The position numbers and the translations under genes are program-made. Source: Mustelus asterias (lineage: Eukaryota). Taken from it: 64,000 bases of DNA. The notes under the pieces were generated by a model, which did no database searches, was not told where the DNA came from, and saw only the letters and a list, made by a program, of their open reading frames with translations. Shown here one piece after another: positions 1 through 10,864 of this stretch. The stretch lies in NCBI RefSeq assembly GCF_964213995.1, contig NW_027590172.1, positions 868,001-932,000 of the forward strand. The letters are read 5' to 3'. Each line of letters begins with the position of its first letter. The first letter of the stretch is position 1.

Positions 1-79
1 TCTCAGGAAAAAGCTGACATCAAGACCACCTCGCTTACTGTGTTACTTCAAAATTGAAGGGAACACTATTTCAAGGGGA

Positions 80-385
80 GACAGTGGCATGGTGGTGTTG
101 CCAATTGTCTTGTAACCCAGGGCACGACTCTGGGGACACAGATTCGGATCTCACCACTGCAGGTGGTGAAATTTGAATTTAGTAAAAATCTATAATTAAA
201 AGTCAAATGATCATCATGAAGCCATTGTTGTAAAAACCCACCTGGTTCACGAATGCCCTTTAGAAAAGTAAATCTGCTGTCTTTATCTGGCCTGGCATGC
301 ATGTGACTCCAGATCCACAGCAATGTGGTTGACACTTAAGTGCCCTCAGGGATGGGAAATAAATGCACATCTCATGAAGGAATAA
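80..385 (+). mobile_element. Deu-domain-like SINE; relatives at 25245-25560, 39580-39900 (+) and 16580-16910, 27190-27520, 41480-41820, 56800-57115 (-)
   Basis: Recurrent core ggaaatctgc.gtccttacctgg..ggcctacatgtgactccaga.ccacagcaatgtggttga; family name assigned from memory. Confidence 0.65.
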
Positions 386-550
386 CAAAAATTGCTGTTG
401 TGATGAAATTCTGAATGGGGCACTGTCCTAATGCAGCAAACCACATGACAGCAAATTAGAAGTTGTTCTATCTTTGTACTAACTTTAATAGATCCCTAAT
501 TTCGATTAACATCGGAATGGTATATTTTATCCTCGGTTTGAGTCTCTTAC

Positions 551-862
551 CCAGAGATCCGCTGATGTTCTGACTCTGGGTGAATCCTTGATGAGTGACC
601 TGGCAGGTATAGACTACTTTGCTGAACCATTCCTGAGCGGAGACTGTCAGCCGACTGCTGGCCGAGAAGTTCCCGTTCACTTCACAGGCGGGAGAGGTGA
701 CAATTCCTGAATCCATGGGTTGTCCATTCTTCAGCCACTTCACCGTCATTAACTTTGGCTGGAAATCGATGATTGAACAGACGATGGTTGCAAATTTTCT
801 GCTGGTGATTTCTTCACTGGAACTCACGGTGAGGATAACGGTTGGGGGGAGAATGCGTGGGC
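551..862 (-). CDS. IGHM: IgM heavy chain constant exon CH2 (Cmu2)
   Basis: Open Ig C1-set domain (C)[103 protein letters not shown] with canonical C, W and YxC. Acceptor ttgaag| at 863-864, donor |gtaag at 546-550, phase 1-1, 312 nt. Closely resembles shark IgM CH2 as I recall it. Confidence 0.95.
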
Positions 863-969
863 CTTCAACAAACAAATGTTCAGACGTTACTTGAAGATTC
901 AATTGACATCAATTAAAATTAGTTCTTTTATTTGAGCACCATAGCTGCCGATTTGAGAATCATATCCAT

Positions 970-1685
970 GGTTTGGTTGAATTGGCAGGGAAATGGCGAA
1001 TGGAATTCAACCGTCAAAAGCGCCACACAATGCATTTGGGGAGGGAAAACAAAGCAAGGCAATAAACTGGAATGTTAAGAGGGATTGAGGAAATGCAAGA
1101 CCTTAGAGAGCACGTCCACAGGTCCTTGTAGATGGTAGGGCAGCTGGAAAAGTTGATCAAGAAAGCATATCGGATTAGTTCCTCTATTATGTGAGATATT
1201 GAATGCAAAAACAGTGATACAATGATGGAGCTGCATAAAACGCTAGTTAGGCCACGTGTACAGTTCTGGTCACCACGTTGCAGGAATAACGTAATGACTC
1301 TGGAGAGAGATGAGGTTTACAAGAATGTTGCCAGGGACTGAAAATTCCCGCCATGAGGCGAGATTGGATAGGGAGGGTTTGTTCTCTTTAGGAAAAGAGG
1401 AGGCTGAGGCGTGACATAATTGTGGTTCACAACAAAAATAAGGGACGTAGGCAAAAATAATTCATTCCCCAAGTGGAGGGCTCAATTACCAGGGAGCAAG
1501 GTCATTTAAAAGGCATCTGGGTCTGCATCTCAAGTGCTTTAAGCTGCAATGCTACGGAGCAAGGGCTGGAAAATAGGCTTACTTTGTCAGGCTCGTTTAT
1601 TTGTTCTCCCTTTTGGCCAGCACAGACATGATGGGCTAAATGGCCTCATGCTGCACAGTAACATTTCTGTTGTTCTTTGGTTCTG
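970..1685 (+). mobile_element. Old CR1 3' fragment in the CH1-CH2 intron
   Basis: aaatggcgaatggaattcaa...gttaggccac...cagttctggtcacc...atgggctaaatggcctc match CR1 landmarks in the younger copies in this window. Confidence 0.75.
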
Positions 1686-1823
1686 AGCAACTTTTCAGTC
1701 AGGAGGCACTTACCTGGATTTTGCATAATTCAATTTTTCAGAGTGCTACAGATCAGTTATAACTAAAGCCTTATACAGTTCAATCAGAGCGTTCCTGTCT
1801 TGCCCAAGTTCCACAACACTTAC

Positions 1824-2123
1824 ATTGCATTCCAATGCTCTTGACCGAGCTGCTGTGTCGAACCTCACACTTGATTTTGCTGCACTCTCCCTCTGACTCG
1901 GTGATGGTTAACTGGCTGCTCAGGGTATAGGTTCCCTTCGCGTTTCTCACTGATGGATAAGTCTTAAATCCAGTGGCGATCAGCTGCCCATTTTTCTTCC
2001 AGGTCAGTTTGGAGACATCTGGAGAGTAGTCCATCGCCAAACAGCCGTAGGTGATGGAGCCAGCGGAGTTGTGTTGCTGACAGGAAGAGACGAGGCTGTA
2101 GAGAGTGGGCGGAGACGGTGTCG
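1824..2123 (-). CDS. IGHM: IgM heavy chain constant exon CH1 (Cmu1)
   Basis: (A)[99 protein letters not shown]. Acceptor ttcccag| at 2124-2126, donor |gtaag at 1819-1823, 300 nt, phase 1-1. Shark IgM CH1 signature motifs GCLAMDYSP and TYTLSSQL. Confidence 0.95.
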
Positions 2124-3099
2124 CTGGGAAAGAATAGTCGATTCAACAAGTTAGACTCTTACCTGCGTTTATTAATTAATCAAACATATTTATACAAGTA
2201 AGTTTCTATATTAGGTATAACTCTTGGGGCTAAAGGGATCAGTGGATATGGGTAGTAGGCGGGCTCAGGATATTGATGAGCCGTAATCAAAGTGAATGGT
2301 GGAGCAGGGTCAAAGGGCCGAAGAGCCTCCTCTTGCTTCTGTTTTCTATGTTTGAACGTCACAATTTGACTAGAATTATGAACTTAAGGTAATATTTCCC
2401 GATTAAGACCTACATACACCTTTGAGCTTCTGTTACTCCTATCATTTGGGAATCGCCATCTTTGGAGAAACTCACATCACTGTCTCGACCTCTATCAGAT
2501 TGGAAAGAGAAAAAACATTTTGATGTCATCGTAATGACATACCATTCACTGGATTAACAGAGAAGTGTAAAGAGTTTCTCCATTACTTCAGGCACTACCT
2601 ATTTCTCAAACAACAGCACTTTGTGATGAAGAAGTTGTCTCTTCATTCATATCAGCCACTCGCCTGATGAAAGAGCTCCAAAAGCTCACGATTGCAAATA
2701 AGCCTGTTGGAGTTCAACCTGGTGTTGTGAGACTCCTTACTGTGCCCACCCCAACCTAGCGTCGGCATATCCACATTGTAGTTTTGGCTATTGCCTGTGT
2801 TCAAACTAACTGATGCCCCTTCCTCTCTCCAACTCACTGCCCCTCACTCCACAAAACGAAGATTAGTGACTTTGCTTCAAAACTACCTTCGGAATGAATA
2901 CTTACTGAATGACCAGGAAACTCTCAATGTGATTACAAATTCAAATAATTGCAACATTGACTAATTGAAGGGTCAGACATTAATAGCAAGAGTTGGCCAT
3001 TCGGGCCCTGAAGTCTCCTCCATTATTCACTGAGATTGCAGATGATCTGGTTGTGGTGCTCGCTCTATTTTGCACATCCTCACTCCGCCCGTCGATCAC

Positions 3100-3680
3100 C
3101 CACTCTCTGCCCATTTTCCCCGACTCTCTGCGCTTTCCTCTGGCTCTCTGCTATTCCCTCTGGCTCTTTTCCCCTTTCACCCGGCTCTCTGCACTTCCAC
3201 CTGGCTCTCTACACTTCCCTCCAACTCTGTCCCCTCTCCCCCGGCTCCCTGCCCTTTCCCTCAGCTCCCTACCCTTTCCTCTGGCTCTCTGCCCTTTCCC
3301 CCTGACTCCCTGCCTTTCCCCTTGACTCTCTGCCCTTTCCTCTGGGCTCTCTTGTCCTTTTCCTCGGCTCTCTGTCCTTTTCCCGGCCTCCATGCCCTTT
3401 ATCCTGGCTCTCTCCTCTTTCCCTGGTCTCTCTGTCCTTTCTCCTGGTTCTCTGCCCTTTCCCTGGCTCCCTGCCCTTTCTATTAGCTCTCTGCCCTTTC
3501 TTCTGGCTCTCTGCGCTTTCTCCTGACTCTCTGCCCTTTCCCGGCTCTCAGCCTTGTTGCCCGGCTGTGGGCCCATTCCCCAGGCTCTCTGCCCTTCCCC
3601 CCCGGCTCTCTGCCCTTTAGCACGCCTCCTGTTCTCCCCGGCTCTTTGCCATTGTCCTTGGCCCTGAGCCCCCAGGGATT
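3100..3680. repeat. ~20-bp pyrimidine/purine-asymmetric tandem repeat (consensus ~CYGGCTCTCTGCCCTTTCCC)
   Basis: Roughly 25-30 degenerate units visible directly; source of spurious ORFs at 2993-3729. Confidence 0.92.
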
Positions 3681-3784
3681 CCCCCCAGCTCTCCACATTC
3701 GCAGGGCAGCTCCCACATTTGAACACCAAACTGCCGCTTGAGATCTTTCTTCTCTCTCGTTGCAGACCTCAACACACAGGTTTA

Positions 3785-5300
3785 GCGAGTGTGAGTGAGA
3801 GAATGTGAGTGCGTGAGGGTGAGTGATTGAAGGAGTGAGAGTGGATGAGTGATGGTGTGTGAGTGACGGAAGGTGGGTAAGTGAGGGTGAGTGAGTGAAG
3901 TTCTTTCAGTGAGGATGAGTGATTGAGGGTGAGTGAGTGAGTGTGGGTGAGGGTGAGAGAGCGTGAGTAAATGAGGGTGTGTGAGAGAGGGTGGGTGAGT
4001 GAAGGTGGCTGAATGTGTGAGTGAAGGTGGGTGAGTGAGTGTCGGTAAGAGAGAATGAATGAGGGTGAGTGAGTGAGGATGCGTGAAGGTTAGTGAAGGT
4101 GGGTAAGTGAGAGCGAGTGAATGAGGGTGAGGAGTGAATGTGACTTAGTAAGTGAGGGTGAGAGAGTGAGTGAGTCAGGGTGTGTTATTGAGGGTGGTGT
4201 GTGAGAGTGTGTGAGGGAGAATGAATGCGGATGGGTGGATGAGTGAAGGTGAGTGAGTAAAGGTGTTTGACTGAGGATGAGTGATTGAGGATCTGTGAGT
4301 TAGGGTGGGTGAACGTGAGTGATGGTGAATATGTGAGGGTGTGTGAGTGAATGTAGGTGCGTGAGTCTCAGTGAGTTTGAATGGGTCAGGTGGCGTACGT
4401 GAGAGAGAGAGGGTAATTGAGCTTGAGTGTGTGGGGGTGCGTCTGGGTGAGTGAGGGAGGGTAAGTGCGGTGAGTGAGTGAGGGTGAGTGAGAGAGATTG
4501 AGACTGGATGAGTGAGGGAGGGTAAGTGTGGTGAGTGAGTGAGAGTGATTGAGACTGGATGAGTGAAGGTGGGTAAGTGCGGTGAGTGAGGGTGAGTGAG
4601 AGTGAGTGAGACTGGATAAGTGAGAGTGGGTAAGTGGGCTGAGTGAGTGAGACTGGGTGAGTGAGAGTGGGTTAGTGGGATGAGTGAACGAAGGTGACTA
4701 TGAGTGTTGGTGAGTGACTGAGGCTCTGAGTGAGTGACTGAGGGTTAGTGAGTGAGGTTGAGTGAGTGATAGCGTGTGAGTGTGGGTGACTGAGTGACAG
4801 TGAGTGAATGAGGATGAGTGAGTGAGGGTGTGCGAGGGCGAGTGAGTCTGAGTGAGTGAGTGAGTGCTGGTGAGTGAATGAGGGTGTGAATGTGAGTGAA
4901 TGAGGGTGAGTGAGTGAGGATGGGTGAGAGTGAGAGAGCGAATCTGTGTGAGTGATTTTGAGTGAGTGAGGGTGTGAGGGTGTGAGGTTGAGTGACTCAG
5001 GGTGAATGAGGATCAATGAGTTTCTGAGGTTGAGTGCGTGAGATTGAGTGTGTGAAGTTGAGTGTATGAGATTGAGTGCGTGAAATTGAATGTGTGAGGG
5101 TGGATGAGTGAGCAAGGGTGAGTGAGTTGGGATGAGTGAGTTGGGATGAGTGAGTTGGGATTTGTGAGTGGGGATGAATGAATGAGAGTGTGTGAGCGAG
5201 GGAAGGTGGGTAAGTGAGGGTGAGTGAGTCAAGTTCTTTGAGTGCGGATGAAACATTGAGGGTGAGTGAGTAAATGTGGTTGAGGGTGAGAGAGTCAGTG
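3785..5300. repeat. Degenerate (TGAG)n / GGGTGAGT low-complexity array
   Basis: About 1.5 kb, C-poor on the + strand. Confidence 0.95.
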
Positions 5301-5925
5301 GGCCACCTCCACCTCTTCCTCTCCATCGATCTTTTCCTGATTCTCCACATTGATCAGCTTTCTGTAACAGGGATGTGTAAATCACCGGGCAGCTGCTTTA
5401 ATGTCGGTGTCTTTCTTCAAGAAACACGTACCAGTGAACAAATAGTCAGACTGAGGGAGCTGTAGGGAAGCTGACAGCAAAACTAGGATGGGTCGCACAG
5501 GAATCAAACACCAAGTTTACACCAGTATTGGGGAGCCAGGCGGCCCTGGTCTCAGCCAATTCCCTTCTTATTTTTTGGGTGTTTGTGTCCGGTGTAACAC
5601 ATGGAAATTCCAACTTCTGACCTCATGTTGGAGGGTATTGTCACTGTTGAAGCAGTAGAAGATTGTTGGTCCCAGAACAGTCCCCTGCCGAAATCCTGCA
5701 GTGAAATCTGAACTTAGATGTTTGACCTCCAACCACCAATACCATGTTGCTTTGTGCTAAGTATGACTCCAAACAGAGAAGAATTTCCCGCCGATTCTTA
5801 TTGACTAGTTTTACTCGGGCCCCTTGATCCCACCCTCATTCAAATGCTACCGGGGTGGGGGTGGGGGTGGGGGGGGGGGGCTATCGGGGTGGGGGGGGGG
5901 TATCGGGGTGGGGGGGGGCGGTGGC

Positions 5926-6243
5926 GGTGGCACGGTGGCACAGTTATTAGCGCTGCTGCCTTAGAGTTGGATTCCCGACTTGGGTCACTGTCTGTGTGGA
6001 GTTTGCAAGTTCCCCCCGTGTCTGTTTGGGTTTCCTTAGGGTGCTCCTGTTTCCTCCCACAGTCCAAAGATGTGCGGGTTCGGTGGATTGGCCGTGCTAA
6101 ATTGCCCCTTAGTGTCAGGGGGACTAGTTAGGGTAAATACATGTGGTTATGGGGATAGGGCTTTGGTGGGATTGCTGTTGGTGCAGACTCGATGGGCTGA
6201 ATGGCCTCCTTCTGCACTGTAGCATCCTATGATTGTACTCTAT
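5926..6243 (+). mobile_element. tRNA-derived SINE (HE1/V-SINE-like)
   Basis: ggcacggtggcacag..ttagcgctgctgcc head; V-domain-like gtgtggagtttgca..gtttcctcccacagtccaaagatgtgc; CR1-like 3' tail. Confidence 0.85.
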
Positions 6244-6266
6244 GGTGTCAAGGACAGACACTCTGA

Positions 6267-6462
6267 NNNNNNNNNNNNNNNNNNNNNNNNNNNNNNNNNN
6301 NNNNNNNNNNNNNNNNNNNNNNNNNNNNNNNNNNNNNNNNNNNNNNNNNNNNNNNNNNNNNNNNNNNNNNNNNNNNNNNNNNNNNNNNNNNNNNNNNNNN
6401 NNNNNNNNNNNNNNNNNNNNNNNNNNNNNNNNNNNNNNNNNNNNNNNNNNNNNNNNNNNNNN
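6267..6462. other. Assembly gap (run of N) inside the J-C intron
   Basis: About 196 consecutive N. Confidence 0.99.
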
Positions 6463-6971
6463 TGATAGAATGCGTTTGCACGTGTGTGAGACAGTGGGCT
6501 GTGCGTGCAAGAGGGGAGAGTGCGTGAGAGAAAGGGTGTGTGAGATAATGTGTGTGTGTGAGACAGAATGTGTGTTTGAAGAATTATTCTTTGTGTGTGA
6601 CAGTGTGTCTCTTCTTGAAAATGTATGTGTGTGGAGGGGCGGGGAGAGTGTGTGTGTGGGGAGTCTGTGTGAAAGAGTACTTCTGTGTGTGATTGTGTGT
6701 ATGTTGATGTGAAAGGGAGTGTGTCTATTTGAGATACACGATGTCTGTGAAAGAGAGTGTGTGTGCCTGAGAGGGAGGGTATGTGTGTGGGAGAGTGTTG
6801 TGTTCATGTGAAAGACAGTGTGTGTGAGAGGGAGTGCCTATTGGAAAGCAAAATAATATGTTCATCAGTGTGTGAAAGTGTGCATGGGATGGCGTGTGAG
6901 TGAGAAAGATATGTGCAATGTGTGTGGGAGATAGAAGCAATGTGGGGTGTTTGAGTGTATGTGTGTGTGTG

Positions 6972-7040
<69 letters not shown>

Positions 7041-8070
7041 AGGGGCAGGGAGAGTGTGTGTGAGCGAGAAAAAGTGTGAAACTTAGACAGAGTGGATGCG
7101 TGAGTGTGTGTGAGTGAATTGACTGTTGAGAGAACATGTGTCTGTGATAGGTGGAGTGTTTAAAGAGAGATACATTGTATATACATGTGTGTTCGTGTGT
7201 AAGAGAAGGAGAGACTGTGTGAGAGATTGTGTGCGTGTGAAAGAGAGGGTGTTTGTGAGAGACAGTGTTTGAGAGCAAGGTTGTGCATGTGTGAGATAAT
7301 GTGTAAGGGACTGAGCGTGTGAAAGAGAGAGAAATATGTGCCTGTGTGAGAGAATACGTGTGCAAGTGTTCGTATGAGTGAGAGAGAGCATGGGAATGTG
7401 TGTGAGACGAAGTGAGAGTGTACGGAAGAGGGAATGTGAGAGGGATAGTGCATGTGTGTGTGTGAGAGAGAGAATGTGTGCGCGAGACTGTGCTTATGTG
7501 AGAGACTGTGTCTGTGTGTAAGAATGTGTGTTAGAGTGTGTGCATGTTCTATGTTTGTGAGAGAGTGATTGTGAGAGAGCCAGTGTGTGAGAGCAAGAAT
7601 GTAGAGGTGTGAGATAGTGTGCGCAAGAAAAATAGAAATATGTGCGTGTGTGTGAGAGCGAGAGATGCGTGTGCAAGAGGAATTGTGAGAGAGCATGTGA
7701 AGAAATGTGAGACAGCTTGAGCGTGTGTGACAGAGAGTGGAAGAGAGAGAGTGCATGTGAGAGTGCGTGCGCGAGAGTGTGAGACTGTGCTTATGTGAGA
7801 GTGTGTGTCTGTGTATAAGAGAGAATGGGTGTGTGTGTGGGGATGTGAGCGCTTTTGTGTATGGGGATGTGAGAGATTGATGGAGAGAGCGAGACGATGT
7901 ATGTATTTGTATTGAGAGAGTGTATGAGTAACGTGAGAGAGAGAATGTGTATGGGTGTGTAAGAGAGACCGTATGAGAGAGAAAGTAAGTGTGAGTATGT
8001 ATGTGTGTGTGTGTGCATGTGTGAGAGAATATGAGAGTATTTATGTGTGTGAGAGTGTGTGATGTGTATA
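6463..8070. repeat. Degenerate (TG)n/(AG)n microsatellite region
   Basis: Near-pure (TG)n at ~6960-7038 inside a long TG/AG-rich tract. Confidence 0.95.
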
Positions 8071-9169
8071 AGTTTCTATTTGGCTGATTCAGTCTGGAAA
8101 ACACACTCACTCCACACATACTCACCCATTCACACAGTAAGTGGGAGTGACAAGTGAGCACAATACGGAGCGCGGGCCAAGGGTTGGAAAAACATTTAAA
8201 TCTTTCGCAATTCGTCGCAATTGAATAATTTCCTCTTTCCTCAATGAGGGAAACCTGTAAAAACTCAAGAAATTTGACACAATCCAGGGCAAAGCCACCC
8301 ACAGGATTATCCGCCCCCTCATTCACCCTATTCTCTCTCTCCATCACTAACAAGCAGTGACAGTAGTGTGTATTATATACAAGACGCACTGCAGCAACTC
8401 ACCAAGGCTCCATAGTAAACACTGTCCAAACCCGTTGCCTTTATATCCTAACAGGATAAGGGCAGCAGCCACATATGAACACTACCACCTGCAAGCTCCC
8501 CTCCAAGACACACACCATCCTGACTTGAAACAATACCTCAGTTCCTTCTGGGTCAAAATCCTGGAACTTCCGCCTAACAGCACGGCGGATGCCTGCAGCA
8601 TATTGATTGCAGTTATTCAAGGATGCTTCATATCAACACTTTCTCAAGGAACAATTATTGATGATTAAAGCTTCTGGCCGAGCAAATGACTCTAAAATAG
8701 CTTTAGAAGATTAAAAATAAGATGCAAATGAATTTGAACCTTCAACTGTCATACCAAACAGGTCATGGACTGCTTTACTACGGAGCATAATATAGTAAAT
8801 CTCACTTTGTATTTGCTCATCGAACATTCCCAAGGCCGGTACATGACTGGTTAAAAATCATCCAAATCTCCCTCTACAATCTGACGTTTCTGCTCTCTCT
8901 GATGGTCACAATATGCTTTAGGGATCTCATTTCTGAGACGCCGAGCCAAACATCAAGTCAAACTGTCACATTTCTCACAGATACCAGTTTATTGAAGAAA
9001 TAAATCAAATTTCACTCCCTGAAATACAGCAGAAGGAACCAGCAGTTTTACAACCAGTCAGGCAGTTTCCTGGCCCAACACGGTGACCACGCGCGCAGAA
9101 ACAGAACAGACACAAACGGTGCAACAATCGATTTTCCAGCGGGTAGGGATGATCAATCAGTCAATTTAA

Positions 9170-10720
9170 TTCAAACTGTTTGATTCTAATTGATCAATGA
9201 TCAATTTACAACAGAAAATCAATAACCTCTTTTAAATAAAACTGATATTCATTTCAAAACTCCTGTCGATTTTTCATTATGTCTCTCTGTCTGTCTCACT
9301 TCTCGAAAACTATGTAAAAATGTAATTTCGCTGAAAATTAGGAATCAAAAATAACAGATTCAGGACAGTTCAATGTCCCCGACAGAGATACAGTGACACA
9401 GTAAGGATTAAATAAACCAAGAAACATTTACATTGAAAATCATTACCTGATTCGATCTAATTTCTTAATTAAATGTAATCAACAAAATATTCGAGGTAAA
9501 ACACCTTATCGAGCTAAGCATAGCTGATGAAAGAAAGGTTTTGTTTCTGAATTCATTTTCGATACAATTAAACATTCTCTGAAACGGATGATACTTTGCA
9601 CGCCCGTGCATTATTCAAGGTATTTTGTTTTGAATTAATTAGCACCAATATTATATTTTGTTTTGTTAATTGCCGGTTACTTTTCCTGTTAGCTGATTTG
9701 TACTCCCTAATAAAATCAATTTTCAATCATTCAAAACTTTCCCTGCCTCGAACATTGTGAAGTAATTAGGTTCCAATTAAATCTTAAACAATAAACTTCA
9801 AATTACTGAATGGAAAGATTCAGACATCTGTAATTCATTTGCTTCAATCGAATAACATTGTCATGTTTTTTCATTTCCACTTTTACTCCAAATGCCTTAT
9901 TATAACCTGCAAACGTGTTAAGAATGCATGTTTCTGAATTTGTATACACTGTAACGGCCTGGCAGTTTGAGGTCAATGAAGCTGCTTCCTAGATTTAATA
10001 ATTTGGACCATCCATATAATTTAATTACTGAACATATTGTTTAAATTAAGAAGTTCTGAATTAAACAATGAAAAACACAATGAGGACAATTGATTCAAAT
10101 CCTCTGCAACACTGAAACATGATGCACAAAATAAGTCGAGACTTTTTCTTCAGTATAACATTTAATACTAATTAAACATAATGCTCAAATAGAATCAATT
10201 CTTCCATTCTGTCATTTATTCATCCAATAATTCTATTCTATGTTCAGCAGTAATGGGAGACAGGATGTTATTATTAAATGCAGAGCAAATATTACTAATA
10301 TAAAAATATTATAATATTATAAAAAATTAATTATTTGAATTTCAAGTATTAAATTGTAAATCTCTAGCCAGTTTCTGTTGACACCTTACGACAATTCAAA
10401 CACCATTATATGAACAATTGTTTAGTGTGAGCGAATTCCACCTGTCAGAAAACTGTGTTCACTCTGTCACATTTATTCAAACTGTGGGATTCTAATTGAT
10501 CAATTTTCAAACTACAACAACAAAAATCAATAACTTATTTTAAATTAAACTGATATTCATTTCAAAATTCCCTTCGACTTTTAACTATTTCTCCCTGTCT
10601 ATCTCAAATCTCGAAAACTAGGCAAAAAATATTTTTTTTTCTGAAAATGTGCACATCAGATATAACCGATCCAGGGTAGTGTAATGTCCCTAACAGAGAT
10701 ACAGTGACGCAGTAAGAATT
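9170..10720. repeat. ~250-bp dispersed duplication in the J-C intron (9170-9410 vs 10477-10720)
   Basis: Shared tcaaactgt..gattctaattgatcaat...aaactgatattcatttcaaaa...tctcgaaaacta...acagagatacagtgac.cagtaag. Confidence 0.85.
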
Positions 10721-10864
10721 GTAATTCATGATTTACTTTAATCTGCAAGCATCAGTTAACATGAATAAAATGCTCAAATATATATTTGTTTTATTTTTTC
10801 CGATACCAGTTTGTTTTATCCTGACAAGGATGTTTAAACGCAGTTTGTTTTTTTCATTTAGCTA

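Noticed and set aside
5852-5920. G-run tract able to form a quadruplex (and the poly-C at ~62341-62392)
   Set aside because: Both abut retroelement ends, and homopolymer lengths are error-prone; no independent evidence of function.
2993-8389. Long ORFs (e.g. 3151-3729, 4672-5385, 6124-6807, 7160-8389) rich in H/T/L/S or G/R/E
   Set aside because: Translations of simple repeats or of the N gap; no domain or splice support.
8722-8729. Single octamer ATGCAAAT in the J-C intron (others at 22145 and 28350)
   Set aside because: Expected by chance in AT-rich DNA; the two upstream ones are not retained in paralogous copies.
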